A DNA stretch of 64,000 nucleotides, taken from Antedon mediterranea. Lineage: Eukaryota > Animalia > Echinodermata. Under the pieces are notes generated by a model, which saw only the letters and a program-made list of their open reading frames with translations, ran no database searches and had not been told where the DNA came from. Positions 12,401-26,400 of this stretch are shown one piece after another (position 1 is the stretch's first letter; each line of letters begins with the position of its first letter). Both the position numbers and the translations under genes were made by a program. The stretch spans positions 10,974,001 to 11,038,000 of the forward strand of contig NC_092671.1 of assembly GCF_964355755.1 (NCBI RefSeq), read 5' to 3'.

Positions 12401-15400
12401 TTTATAGCTCTCCATAAAGGTAAATACAACAATATATAAATTATAAACCAAACTATTCGAAATATTAAAATATATATTTTATTAGGCCTATTTGTCGTTT
12501 TACTCTAGTAGTAAGCTATACCATTTATTAGTGGTCTCTACTTATATACATTACATACAATGCAACACACATAATATGTCATTAACATATAAAGTATAAT
12601 AATGTTTTTATACCTATCGCCTTTTCCCTGAAAAAAAAATTGATTTGAATTGATTAAAATTTCATTTAAAAACAATTGACTTAAAACAGGCTCTAACACT
12701 TTTATGTCTTTCAAAGACGTCAAGCAAAACATGACTGGTAGGTCACATTCTCGAAGCAAAGTGATTGCATCTGATCCTGATGTATCACGACTTGTTGAAA
12801 CGGCAGTCGCTAAATATCAACAAAAGGACTACGATCAGATGACCAAACATCTAGATGATGGTGAAAAGAAAGATGGATCATGTGATGTGCGATTGGCATT
12901 TGCTGGAAATATTTCTACTGAATTCCATCTTGTTGTCACTTTCAGCAATAATATACCCGAGGATAGTGGACTTTCGACTGTCGAGGAAACTACTCAGAAA
13001 TATTTGCTTTATTTGGCAAATGATCACCAAAATGTAATGAAATGTATGAACGAACGCCTAAGTAAGGATATGAAGACATTAACGGCTGACTTGTTCACGC
13101 TACCAAATGTTATGCCAGGTACTCATTCGTGGATACAACTGGAACGAGATGCCAAAAAGATGGTTCAGTATTTTGAAAGTTTAACCAAGAATGGGCAATC
13201 GGTCACTAAATGCTACATACTGCTTTTCCTGACGGTCATACATAATTTTATCGCAACACGTAACAGACTTCGTAGACCAGAGCATTTTAGACTGCTACCT
13301 TTCATATTGCCTTGCAGACTTATTTGCGAAAGTAAATTACTAGAGTCAAATGCATGGATAAAAACCAAATTTGAAGTTTATGAGGTAGTAGTACTGACAA
13401 CAGGTGCAGCACTTGGAACTGGGCAAATTCCATGTGATCTGCGTTATCCAGATTACTGGAAAATGTATGATGAACTCGTAGAAAGAGGGAAACAGTGTGG
13501 AATTGAACTAACTAATGCTAACAAGCAGGACCACATGGACAGAATGCGCCGGGGTAAGAAAGTAAAATATTTCTTCCGGTACCGTATAAATGTATTCTAA
13601 AAATGTATTAACATACATGTGTAGGCCTATTCATTTGTATTAGGACGTAAAAAACACGGTACTTGTCTAAAAAAAGTTTCACCCTCCTGAAAGAATTACT
13701 GTAACTTTCATTTAAAAATTTGACATACAAAAGCTTAGTTTTCACTCATTTACTAATTTCGTTTTAGATGGATTAAATCTTTGCAATGGCACAGAAGACA
13801 GAATGTGTATCACAGCAGCATTATTGTACCATAGAGCTGGTTGTTATAAAGGACTGATGCTGATATTAAATGCTGCTAATCAAACTAGCTCAGTCCAAAA
13901 TATTAGGATGAACTTTACCATGCGCGTGTCACATACATTTGAGAAATGTGTTGACTATCACAACAAAATCTCCAATGCAAACACTTATGAAGATCTTGTT
14001 GAGAAATCGTATCACTACTTATCCACCACCGCCAAAGATTTTTTGAAGTTCGTTAAGAATATGGGTGAAACAACTTCCAACGACCTAGTATGTTGGGTAG
14101 ACGAAGTCTTTCAAGCAAGAAACGGAAAACCCGAATTATATCCCGTATTGGAAATAGACTCCGTAACCGAGAAATGCAATATGGCATCCGTGTCTATACA
14201 ACGTATGAGTGAAGAAGCTAGATGTATCGCACAGACATATTTAGAATTCTTCATGAGTTTTATCATGAACTTCGTCACAAGACGATATCAATTGCATGTT
14301 AAGAATGTTTACAAGGGTGGATTGAAAATGACACTAGCTGTTATTATGCTGTGTAAAGATGTACTTGTCACATCTAACTTTTCGGTCAAACAAAAACTAG
14401 ACTCATACGGTGTAGCAGCAACATATATGACAGAAATTAGTGGCGGCGATGTTTGGACAGACAAAATGGAATTTGTTCTAAATGAACTTCCTAACCTAGA
14501 ACAACAGCGCAAACAGTTTGACGAAATATGCAGAAAGAGGGAAAGACAAAAAAAAGGGTAAGTATCAGTTCAGTTTTGGGGTGAAGGCCTAGGAAGGGGT
14601 TAATTTGATCATATTATTGATTTAATAAATTCCATGCAAACTATATAATTACTATTACTGTGACAAAATAATCTACAACATTCTTTTATTTGATACATAT
14701 TAAAGAATCACATTGTCAAAAGTCTTCCAAATCAAAAGTCTATGCAACCATTTGTAAGTTTGATATCCGTTTTTTTTTTTATTCTGTAAGTGTGGCCTAA
14801 CAATGAAAGACAAACTGAACAAAGCAAGACAAATGAGCAGAAACGGATTGCTGGCCTAAATACAATTACACGCAATAGTAAGTCAAATGCACCTGTATTA
14901 AAAACTATTGATTGTACTACCAGCTATTAAAGATTTCAGATTCATGTGTAAAATGTACATTTTAAATTTTAAACACCGTTTAGAATTAGAAAAAAGTACA
15001 GTTCATTTTATTTTATCTTTGGCTTTATTATTTGGGTGGCAGAGGGCTGTCTTCTTTTACCGCCCATTGGCACGTTTGCTTTGCCGGAATTAATTTTAGG
15101 AAATAGTAATAAAACAACATGGGTATACATTACCGAGTTAAACATAGTTATGGTATTTGAAACATTTAAGTTACTAACATCAGAATGTAATTATAGTAAT
15201 ACGTTTGGCATCACATCATCATCATCACAAACATTGTTCAAGTCAAAATACACAGAGAGTATTGTTTCCCAATGTGTAATGCAATGTCACTAACATTTTT
15301 GTTTTCCTCATTTCAGATGATTACCAGGCTGATGTAAGATACTTATTTGTTTACCAATAGTAGGCATTAATATAAAATAGTATTTTATACATTATCTATA

Positions 15401-15804
15401 GATATTTACCATGTTATTGCATACATGAACATGATTATGACTTGTTATTACAGAATATTATGAAACAAAAAAAATTGTTGGGAAATAATGAATACGAGTA
15501 CGAACACATCCTCAGTTGGAACACCTTTTCTACAGTATGCATACACTTGGACGTTACTAATGAAGCAAGACGCGACTGGAGAGCACTTGCTGGAGAGATG
15601 GGAGTACACGCTCAGACAATTGAAGCTTGTCTTCAAAGTAAAGATAACCCTACAAAAACACTTCTCGAGATTTTATTTAATCGAAATAAAGGTAAACCAC
15701 GGGAAGATGTATTGCTGGAACTCGCCGATATGTTAAAGAAATGCAAACTTGGCTATGCTGCTGACTTGGTTCAAAATGATATTCAAATGCCTTTTACAGA
15801 CTAG
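9153..15804 (+). CDS. Paralog A: SAM-like / charged linker / four ~270-aa helical repeats / death domain; +1 frameshift at the end of exon 6 as assembled
   Basis: Exons 9153-9429, 9848-10330, 10536-11360, 11526-12419, 12717-13553, 13768-14557, 14791-14877, 15317-15333, 15454-15804. All GT-AG and positionally identical to paralog B. Exon 6 is 790 nt versus 789 in B and C. Confidence 0.85.
10015..10295 (+). repeat. Coding tandem repeat, 138-bp (46-aa) period, 2 units in exon 2 of A
   Basis: GACAAAAC[T/G]TCGGATATAGAGAGT starts at 10015 and 10153. Exon 2 of B has only one unit. Confidence 0.85.
15454..15804 (+). other. Death-domain exon (MyD88/IRAK-type pattern); paralogs at 26465-26818 and 59691-60029
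   Basis: CIHLDVTNEARRDWRALAGEMGV..QTIEACLQSKDNPTKTLLEIL...LLELADMLKKCKLGYAADLV shows the DWR.LA..MG / PT..LL / L...L...AD.V death-domain pattern. Confidence 0.8.
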
Positions 15805-16854
15805 AGATAAACTGGTCATAACCAAGCGAGATTTATCTTTACATTAACTACAATTTCACTTTCTTATAAAAATGTATTTAAATAACTACTACATAAATTT
15901 TCGAGTATTAAATTCTACATACATTTTTTAAAATTAATAGTAAAGTGTTGCAGTACATTATTTCCTTCTGTCAATTCGAATGCACAACGCAAACTAATGC
16001 AATACATTACATAACAAGCATAATGATTAATTCAAACGAAAAATTTAATTTCACACATAAAAGGCAAGATACAATATTATTAATTTGTTAATTAATAATT
16101 CTATAACGGTTGGTTTATATAGTAACTACAGTATTAATAAGTATGATCGTCGAATACATTTAGAAAAATGATTTGCCTTTATTTGTTTAACATTAAAAGA
16201 TCAGTATATAATTCTGTTTTTAAACTAGTTTTTTAATATACCAGAAGAATCTATAATCTTTGTATGTATGGTGTGTGGCAGTAATAGTGAATTTACCTGT
16301 AGTATCTATATATGGTATATTTACTGTAAAGCGAATACAGGTAACACCATCAGTCACTAGGTATTTGTATAGGACACATTTATAATACTGCAAATGTTTG
16401 ATGTACTCATTAAGTTTACAATAACTGTACAGATAAATATATCCTCATTTCCTACTATCGATGCTGACCTAATTTGCCACAAAAGAAATTGGCCACACGT
16501 GGTTATAAATGACAGTACAATAGTATTATTACCGTATTATTAAAGTTATCATTGATAATTGTTTATAATATAATAGATATAAAATCCATTTTCATGTAAA
16601 GAAGAACTTTCATCTATGGTATTAGTGTAGATATATATAACTTATACATATTTTACTGAGTAAATTCATTAAATGTCTCTACTTGGCAGGTACCATGTTA
16701 CCATTAGGTTCCAACGTTATATATATGGAATAACCTACGAACTGAAATTAAATAGTCAATGATCGGTCTAATTGTTTTTCCAAAACTACATTTTTTCCTG
16801 TTTTTTTTTGTATTCAAGACAGGACCATAATGCAAAACAGGTTTTCTTTTACCT

Positions 16855-16995
16855 GATTGTGTAATTCTGTTTAAAGATCATCCTCACTTTTTATTTAGAA
16901 GGCAGCTTCAGCAGCTTGGTCCAAAACACTAAAAACGATGACGACGATGCTGATATTGAATGATGTCATGTTAGCCGTATTAAAGGAGACATTTT
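16855..16995 (-). pseudogene. Degenerate duplicate of the VPS16 terminal exon and adjacent intron
   Basis: AGATCATCCTCACTTTTTAT..GAAGGCAGCTTCAGCAGC..TCCAAAACACT..GATGACGACGATGCTGATATTGAAT matches 61121-61240. Confidence 0.8.
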
Positions 16996-17315
16996 AAATT
17001 GTATTTACTAATTTTTTTCTCTCTTTCCTGAATTTATTAGGCACTATTAACGGTTTTATGAATTTCGAGACTATATGCCCTATAATGACTAACGGGTTTA
17101 GAACTAAGAGGAGGGCTATAAAAAAAAGGCGAGCCCGGTATTATCAAAATGGCGCAAAGTTGTAAACATGGGTTTGAATTTGAGTTTTGAACAAATCGAT
17201 TTTGATAAAGTGCCAATAAAATCAATGATGGTTGATTGCATGTTTATTGTAAGAGTTTTTGGAATCTAGGGACCAAATGAGTAGAGCATCAAGGAAAGGG
17301 ACGCTTAATAATACA

Positions 17316-17497
17316 AGGCCAATTTACACCGACAAGAAGCGGGAACGGTAAGCGGAAAACCGCGTAGCTTATCCCACGTATCTATCCTAAGCGGCGCAAA
17401 CCACACGATCGATCCGCGTTGTGTATGGTCATAAGGAATAACATAGATTCTATATAAATATATTTGTAATCGCTTTTCTGTGTAACTAAATTGGCCT
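17316..17497. mobile_element. Small MITE (~180 bp)
   Basis: TIR AGGCCAATTTA / TAAATTGGCCT. Absent from the homologous segment at ~6090-6110. Confidence 0.55.
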
Positions 17498-18655
17498 TAA
17501 AAACACAAAAAAAACATGAAAAAAGGAAAGGTAAAACAAAATAGTAAGTACAATTAGTTATGTGAAAAAACTAGCGTGGCCAATAACGAAGGTCCTCTCA
17601 AGCAGACTATCACAGTGTACTATATCAAACTGTTAAACTAGGCTGTATGTTGCAAAACATATCAACAACAGAGATAACACATTCATGCAGGGAAGGATCC
17701 AGGTTAGTTGGTGGGGGAGGGGAACCGGCTGTGCAAAAAGAGATCGGGAAACCGACTGTTCCTCCTGTGATCCGCCTCCGCCATTATGTTCAATCACAAT
17801 GTAAACAGATCTCACTACTACAGTATGTATAATGTGTTCTACACTACCATTGTTATCAGGCAGTACAGTGTAATACAAATTCTATATTTAGTTTATCAAA
17901 AATTCCAAAATATCAACCGCTATTATTCTTTGGTAGGCGGGCTAGCAGTTATTCAGGCAAATTGAACTGGAAGACGAATGATGTAACTGAATTAGGCCTA
18001 CGGTATATTAATAATAGGTAAGCATATTACAATTGTTCGTTAGTAACATTCTAATATTTATCGGATTAGGAAAGTGTTGGTACCGCGATGTTAATGTTGT
18101 GCTAGTCGTAAACGATTCTACACATTGAAAACAATTAGGTCATCGATATGTGCATAATAATTATAGGCCTAGCGATACACAACAGCATAGCCTATATATG
18201 CCTTTCTCTAAACCCCGCTCTAAACATCTTAATGAAATGTAATGTCGCAGTTCCAATTCACGTCTCCAATACACTTCCAATGCTACATAGTATTTAAATT
18301 ATAGTTGGTATGTATTCTTAGAAGTATAGCTATCTTATTTTATATTTTTAAAGTTTCTGAAATAATATGAAAACATAATATTAGGCCTGGAGGCCAATAA
18401 TTTGTTTCACAATTCATTATACCGGCGCTAAATTTAGCTATGTAAAAATTCTATCAACCAATCAGACAAAGGATACCGTAAACCTATATGTATATGGTAA
18501 ATACCATTAACCTATACGTTTTCTATACGTACGGTACGCAATGTATAGTACAATTAGGTTGACTTCCTAACAGTTGCTAAACCCTCCGCTTTCCAAAGGA
18601 AAACATAATAAGCATTGGCTATGAATGGATTTAATTTCTAAATATAGGTAGCAGC

Positions 18656-20279
18656 CAGGGGTGGCGCCAGGATCTTCCCGACGCGGGGGCTACATTCCCC
18701 GATGAGGGGGCTATGCGAGCGAAGCGAGCATCACTAGGCTGGGGGGACAGGGGGCCGCGAAGGGCCCCCGGTGGGGGTCCAGGGGGCGAAGCCCCCGGAA
18801 GCAACGCGTTCTAGCGTCATTTGAGGTCATTTTAATCAGATTTAGGGTAGCCATTTTTTCCGTTTTTTATAATGCATAAATAAAATACTGCGTGCAAAAA
18901 AACGATGCGCGATGACTGTTTCAATCCATATTTTTCAATTTAAAAAATAAAAGTTCAAAGAAAAGAGTTGGAGGTCCCGGAAATTGGACTTATTATACTT
19001 CAAAACATGAAACAAAATATATAAGTCCCTATCATGGTTGTGACTGAGCTAAGAAATGTTTAAAAAATAGAGATGTTAGGTCCCGGAAAATGCACTTCTT
19101 GTACTTCGAAATATGACCAGCTTTATTATTGGGCAGGGCTGAGCTAAGAAACTGTTTAAAACTAGAGCTGCAGGTCTTCAAAAAATTGCATTTTATACTT
19201 TGGAAACATCAGGCCTAGAGGCTTAAAAAACGCAAGCGTAGACCTTGTTTAGTCGGGGAAATAAAGTTTATTCCTCCCAAGTGTATGCGTGCGTACCACC
19301 ACCTGGACTTCCGAGTGGTGAGAAATTCATGACATACAGGACATTGAAAATGTAATAACTTAGCTATAATAAGATGTTGGCTAAGCGAAAATGGCATGTT
19401 TTTTTGTTTAGTAATGGATGAAAAATTTATTTTAGGTGCCCCACGGTAGAGAAGGTTACTTGTAAATTAAAAAATTGGTGAACATACGAACAATTAACAT
19501 AATTTGTTTTTGCTGTAGTGTAGCGTACGTCGACGCAGTACACGACGTAACCGTCAGTAAACTTCGCCTGGAAAATAACTACAGTACACATTTTTGGTCC
19601 CTGGATGGAACATGATATCACGCGTCTCGACCCAACGTTGAACGATTCGTACAAAGGGATACCGCCAGACAAGTGCGAACCTAGCTATTGTTTAGTAGTA
19701 AGTTAGATCGCTGGCAATAATGGATGCATATAAAGTGCATAATATCACTCTGACGTACTCTCACAGTCAATGAAACCTCGCGGTTTTCTAGGCGCTGAAG
19801 CTAGCTACGAAGTGAACGCGAACGCTTTTTACTGTATATTATATTCCCCGACAAAAAGTACCCGTGTTCCCTTCGGTAACCGTCGGTAAACTTCGCCTGG
19901 AAAATAACTACATTACACATTTTGGTCCCTGGATGGAACTTGATATCACGCGTCTCGACCCAACGTTGAACGATTCGTACAAAGGGATACCGCCAGACAA
20001 GTGCGAACCTAACTATTGTTTAGTAGTAAGTTAGATCGCTGGCAATAAAATGCATATAAAGTGCATAATATCACTCTGACGTACTCTCACGGTCAATGAA
20101 ACGTCGCGGTTTTCTAGTAGTAGTATACGCGCTGAAGCTAGCTACGAAGTGAACGCGAACGCTTTTTACTGTATATTATATTCCCCGACAAAAAGTACCC
20201 GTGTTCCCCGATGAGGGAGGCTAGGCTCCCCGACGAGGGGGCTAGAGCCCCCGTAGCCCCCCCGCTGGCGCCACCACTG
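18656..20279. mobile_element. Non-autonomous hAT-type transposon (~1.6 kb) just upstream of the first coding exon of paralog B
   Basis: TIR CAGGGGTGGCGCCAG / CTGGCGCCACCACTG. 8-bp TSD GTAGCAGC (18648-18655, 20280-20287). Internal ~330-bp tandem duplication (~19547-20210). Empty site in paralog A at ~9010. Confidence 0.9.
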
Positions 20280-20423
20280 GTAGCAGCATTTAGGTTCGTT
20301 ATAAATAGGTATTACCTATGTGAGTGCAAATTTAAGTAAAGATTTGCATTAAATGATCCAGGCAAAAACTCATGACACATAGTACTATTCTTATGTTTGC
20401 ATATTATTAGGAGATACGCAAAA

Positions 20424-23400
20424 ATGTCTAATCGTAAGAAGAAGAAACAAGAACTTGAACGCTTCAAATCCGAACTAAAGTTACGCGACTTACGCGATGA
20501 CGTCATTGAAATCTTAATTAACGAAGGATTCAGTCGTTTGTCCGATTTACGAGGTTTAGAAGTGGAAGACTTGGATAAAATACAGAATCTTCAACTGGCA
20601 CAGTATGTGATTCTGAAAACAAAAATTAAAGAGAAATGGAGTAAGGTGTATGACATGGAGAGCAGCAGTGATGGTGAGAGCACAGTAGAAGAAAATGTTG
20701 AAGGTAAAGAGTAAAACCTGGAAAGATGTAATTTATTAAAACGATGTTATTTCATTCAGATATTAAAGTTTTTTAAATGATTTTATAATGATTACAGGAA
20801 AACAGGATGCAAACTTTGCTAAGAATTAACAAAGAAAAACACTGCAAATAAATTCGCATACTGTAGTAATATTGTATAAACCCGGCACTAATGACAGCCT
20901 ATCCTATAAATGTATTCAGTATACCGTATAGGTTTACATTAAAAACAATATTCTAGTAAATCACAGATATTCTTCTGAATGAATTCATTGTCCTGCTACG
21001 TGGATGTATTCATTATTTGCATACTGTATATTATTTTTAACGAATTAGGCCTACTGGAACAAATGTTTTAAATATCCGAACGATTAGATTAGAGGTAGAG
21101 ATGTATGTATAATTAAATTCAATAATTATAACTTCTTATCTGGCTTGAACAGAAAAAGATGAGCCGGAATCGGAATCCAGAAAATGGCAGAAGAAGCACA
21201 AAAGAAACTCTTCGAAAGTAGGTCTCGATAGTGGTACTTCAAGCTCTAAAACGGAGGATCACAAAGCTTCGGATCAACGAACAGGGGTCAAGAGTAAAGC
21301 TTCAACTCAAACCAAACCCAACAAACCCGACAAAACTTCGGATATAGAGAGTGGACAAAACACTCAAGATAACAATCGCGCCCAAAAACAACACAGTACT
21401 GGGGATGGTGAAAAAACAGAAATGAAGAGTGATTTTAACAAAAGTAAACCCAAGGACGACAAACATGAAAAAACGTCGACAGGACACGTTTCAGATAATG
21501 AAGGTATGATTTTCACAATAGTAAATGCCAATTTTAACCATGATTAGTCGTCGAATACCTTTATATTACTTTAGTAACTGTTAGACAAATTTTCTTTTGT
21601 AAATATTCTTTGCAAACAAAATCCAATATTAAATACCATAAATATAGAATTAATCATTAATATGGTGATGTGCTAAACTATGTTTGCATCCACAGACGTT
21701 GAACAGTCGAACGACTTGATAGAACACTTCAATTGCGATTTAGCTAAACGGTATTTCAAACAGAAGCGATATGATAAAATGGAAGAAGTGTTGATTAAAG
21801 TGGACAGGCAGACGAAATCAGCATACGGTAGAGGAAGATTCGCCACGAAGATATCACAGGGGTGTAATGATTTTGCCGAGTTACATGACTGCATTAACCA
21901 TCAGATGACAGATGTCAAAGTTTTGCATGAACTGGCATGTGCGCAGTTCCTTTCCCTTGCAGAGTCTCACAGAGAGATATTGAAAGAGATGGACATGGAC
22001 ACAGAATGTACTATCTTTACTGAATGGGCTAGTCGCTTAGAAGTGATATTCATGGAGAATTCGCCTCTTGAATACGGTTCACTTGAATGGAAAACTGTGA
22101 TTTCCAAAACAGAGGAAGTGGAAAGGTTTTTTTCATCTCTTCCAATTCCAGCAAGAAATGTCTCAAAATCATACATTCTGTTAATGTTGCAATTTATTTG
22201 CCGTATGTGGCTGTATCGAAATCATCTTATTCCAGAAGATCAATATGGTCTGCTTTTAGTCGCTACATTTGCTCTTCCGCTGTGTGAATCTGAGCTTGTG
22301 ACATCAAAATATTTTTGCGCTGTAAAGCATGACATGTACGTGCACGCGGCAATAACCATAGGATGTAATATCTCTAATTTGCGGCTAGCTGTTAAAAATT
22401 GGTATGATGAATTTTATAGGTTCACACAAAGATGTGAGAAACTCTACGACGAAGGGCTCAAAATGAACAAGGATATTAGATCTGAGGATGATACTAGAAA
22501 CTTGGACAAGTTTACTTCCCGTATGTATAGCTTTATTTGAAAATTATATTAATAGTATGCGGCCTGGTGAAATCACCACTGAAGAACGTTTTAGATAGAT
22601 CAATTACCATAATTAGGTTTGTTTTCATTGTTTTAAGTGTTTCGCCTTTTCTCTTATTTATGTTGGTTTGTTAATAAAATATAATATTTATTTGTTTATT
22701 CTTAAAGTGGTGGAATCACGACTGAAGACAGCTGATCTGCATTTTGACATAGGCCAAGATGATTACATACCAGACAGGACCACAGACGAGCATCATAGAC
22801 TGACTGAGCAAAATGTAACCACTATTTTGAATCACTGGAAAGACAAAAGTTATGAAACCTTTTGCCAGTCAATCACCGAGGCCGAAAATCAACTTAAAGA
22901 TACTGGTTTTAGGCTACAGGTTGGTAGTTGTTTATCACCTAGATACCAGGACGCATGTAATGTTCTAAATGGTTCTTATAAACAACTTGATAATTCGCAG
23001 TCTCTTCTTGACAATCTACGTGACTATCTCATGGAACTTGTAATTGACTGCAGGCGACTTCTGAAAGAGTTGAAGATCTACAGCAATGATTCAATGACAG
23101 AATGGGTTGAAGTTTTCTCTCGTTTTTGTTCCTCTGATGATTGTGTATTTGGATCTCCTGAATGGAATGCAATATTGGATAGAGCTAAAATAACAGTGGA
23201 AAATATGCCACGGGGAGCAAATGTTATCGGTCGAACCATTACCCAACTGTATGTTCAACTGTTCGTAGAGTTAATGAAGAAGGCATTTCTAGCATATCAG
23301 CAAATAACGCCTAAAGATCGACTTGGCCATGTTCGTTTGGCTTTAATCAACATGACAATGGTAAAAAGTCCTCTTCTGTCCAATAAATGGTACTCAAGCG

Positions 23401-26400
23401 TGCGATTTAATGTATATTTGTGTGGGCTAAGAAGCATAGCATCATGTTTACTAGAAGCTGAGAAGGCTAATAAGGATAAGTTCTATAAAGAATACAAAAC
23501 CGTCAAAGAAAACATTGACAGTTTAATTGTAGAAAGTCGAAAATTAAAAATGCCATTTGCCTCAAAGGAAGACTTAGAAAAGTTTAGAGCCCTCGATAAA
23601 GGTAAATCCAACAATACATAAGTTATAAACAAAAATATTCGAAATATTTAAAAAATATATACATATAATAGGGATACCTATTGTTTGTAGTTTTACTCTC
23701 TCTAGTAAGCATTATTGATCTCTACTTATACATAAAATGCAACACACATCATTAACGTATAAAGTATGATGATGTGTTTATGCCTATTTTCCATGAAAAA
23801 AGGTTTAATAACGATAATTCTATTCAATTTAGAACTGATTGTAACTTCATTTAAAAACAATTAACTAACTGTATATTTTATGTCTTATAAAGCCGTCAAG
23901 CAAAATATGACTGGTAGTTCGAAATCTCGAAGTAATGTGATTGCATCTGATCCTGGTGTATCACGACTTGTTGACGCGGCAGTGGATAAATACCTCAAAA
24001 GGGATTACGATCAGATGACTAAACATCTAGATGATGCTGAAGAGAAAGATGGATCATGTGATGTGCGATTGGCATTTGCTGGAAATATTTCTACAGAATT
24101 CCATCTTGTTGTCACTTTCAGCAATAATATACCCGAGGATAGTGGACTTGCGACTGTCGAGGAAACTACTCAGAAATATTTGCTTTACTTGGCAAATGAT
24201 CACCAAAATGTAATGAAATTAATGAACGAAAACTCAAGTGACGCTATGAAGACATTAACGGTTGGCCTGTTCACGCTGCCAAATGTTATGCCAGGTACAG
24301 ATCCGTGGATAAAACTGGAACGAAATGCCAAACAGATGGTTCAGTATTTCGAAAGTTTAACCAAGAGTGGTCAATCGGTCACTAAATCGTACATACTGCT
24401 TTTCCTGACGGTCATACATAATTTTATCGCCACACGTAACAGACTTCGTAGAGGAGAACATGTTAGACTGCTACCTTTCATATTGCCTTGCAGAGTTATT
24501 TGCGAAAGCAAATTACTAGAGTCAAAAGCGTGGATAAAAACCAAGTTTGAAGTTTATGAGATAGTCGTACTGACAACAGGTGCATCACTTGGAACTGGAC
24601 AAATTCCATGTGATCCACGTTATCCAGATTATTTGAAAATGTATGATGAACTTGTAAAAAGAGGGAAACAGTATGAAATTGAACTAACTAATGCTAATAA
24701 GCAGGAACACATGGACACTGTGCGGCAGGGTAAGAAAGTCATCATTATTTCTTTCCTTATCGGAATTTATCTGCATATTAATTTATATCAAGTTTAGAAA
24801 AATACGGTAGTTATTTTAATAGAGTTTGTGTATGATTCTCTAAAAACGCACGTTTCGCACTTTTGAAAGTACTGTAACATTTTGTTTTTCAAATAATAAT
24901 TATGAATAAACTTTCTTTTAAAATCTTAGTAGCGTATTTAATTTATCTTTTTAGAGGGATTAAATCTTTGCCACGGAACAGAAGACAGAATGTGTATCAC
25001 AGCAGCATTATTGTACCATAGAGCTGGTTGTTATAAAGGACTCATGTTGATACTAAATGCTGCTAACCAAACTCGTGCAGTCAAAAATATAAGAATGAAC
25101 TTTACCATGCGTGCGTCACAAACATTTGAAAAATGTGTTGACTATCACAACGAAATCTCCGATGCAAACACTTATGAAGATCTTGTTGAGAAATCGTATC
25201 ACTACTTATCCACCGCCGCAAAAGATTTGTTAAATTTCGTTGAGAAAATGGGTGAAAAAACTTCAAACGACCTAATACTTTGGGTAGACGAAATCTTTCA
25301 AGCAACAAACGGAAAACCCGAATTATATCCAGTTCTGGAAATAGAATCAGTAACCGAGAAATGCAATATGGCATCCGTGTCTATACAACGTATGAGTGAA
25401 GAAGCTAAATGTATCGCACAGACATATTTAAACTTTTTTATGAGTTTTATTATGAACTTCGTCACAAGACGTTTTCAATTGCATGTTAACGATGTTTGGA
25501 TTGGTGGATTGAAAATAACACTGGCGGTTATTATGCTGTGTAAAGATGTTCTTGTCACGTCTAATTTTTCCGTCAAACAAAAACAGAACTCATACAATGT
25601 AGCAGCAGCATATATGACACAAATGAGTGACGACGATGTTTGGACAGAAGAAATTGAATTTGTTGTAAATGAACTTCCTAACCTAAAACTACAGCGTAAA
25701 AAGTTTGACGAAATATGCAGAAAGAGGGAAAGACAAAAGAACGGTAAATATCAGTTGACGTTTTTAGGGTGTAGGAGGGATAATTTGATCATAGTATTGA
25801 TTTCATAAATTCCATGCCAACTATATGACTATATTAATGAGATAAATAATCTACAACATGCGTTCATGCGATACATATTATAGAATCACATGGACAAGAT
25901 TCATGCAATTTTTTGTAAGTTAATTGATATCCATACTGATAAGCTTTTTTTTTTCTGTAAGTGTGGCCTAACAATGAAATACAAACTGAACAAAGCAAGA
26001 CACAGGATCAGACACCATGTGAACGGAACACAAAGATTGTTGCCCTATATGAGTTTAGTAAGTCAAATGCACTCCTTAGTAAGTCAAATGCACGCGTATT
26101 AAAAACTATTGAGTTTAGTCTTCTTTTCCACCCATTGGCACATTAAAGCTTGTTGTTAACGTTGCTTTGACGAATTTTTTTTTTAACAACATGGGTATAT
26201 TATAGAGTTAAACGTATACTTCTTATCGTATTTGAAGAGAATGTAATTACTAAATACACAGCGAGTATTGTTTTTCAATGTTTAATGCAATGTCACTAAC
26301 ATTTTGTTTTCCTCATTTCAGGAGGTGACCAAGTTGATGTAAGAAATTTACTTGTTTACCCATAATAGTAGGCCTTAATATATTATAGTATTTTATACAT

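Noticed and set aside
10502-14561. Reading the consecutive ~300-aa ORFs as an operon of separate genes
   Set aside because: Each is bounded by AG/GT sites in matching phase and the homology between paralogs drops at those sites; they are exons.
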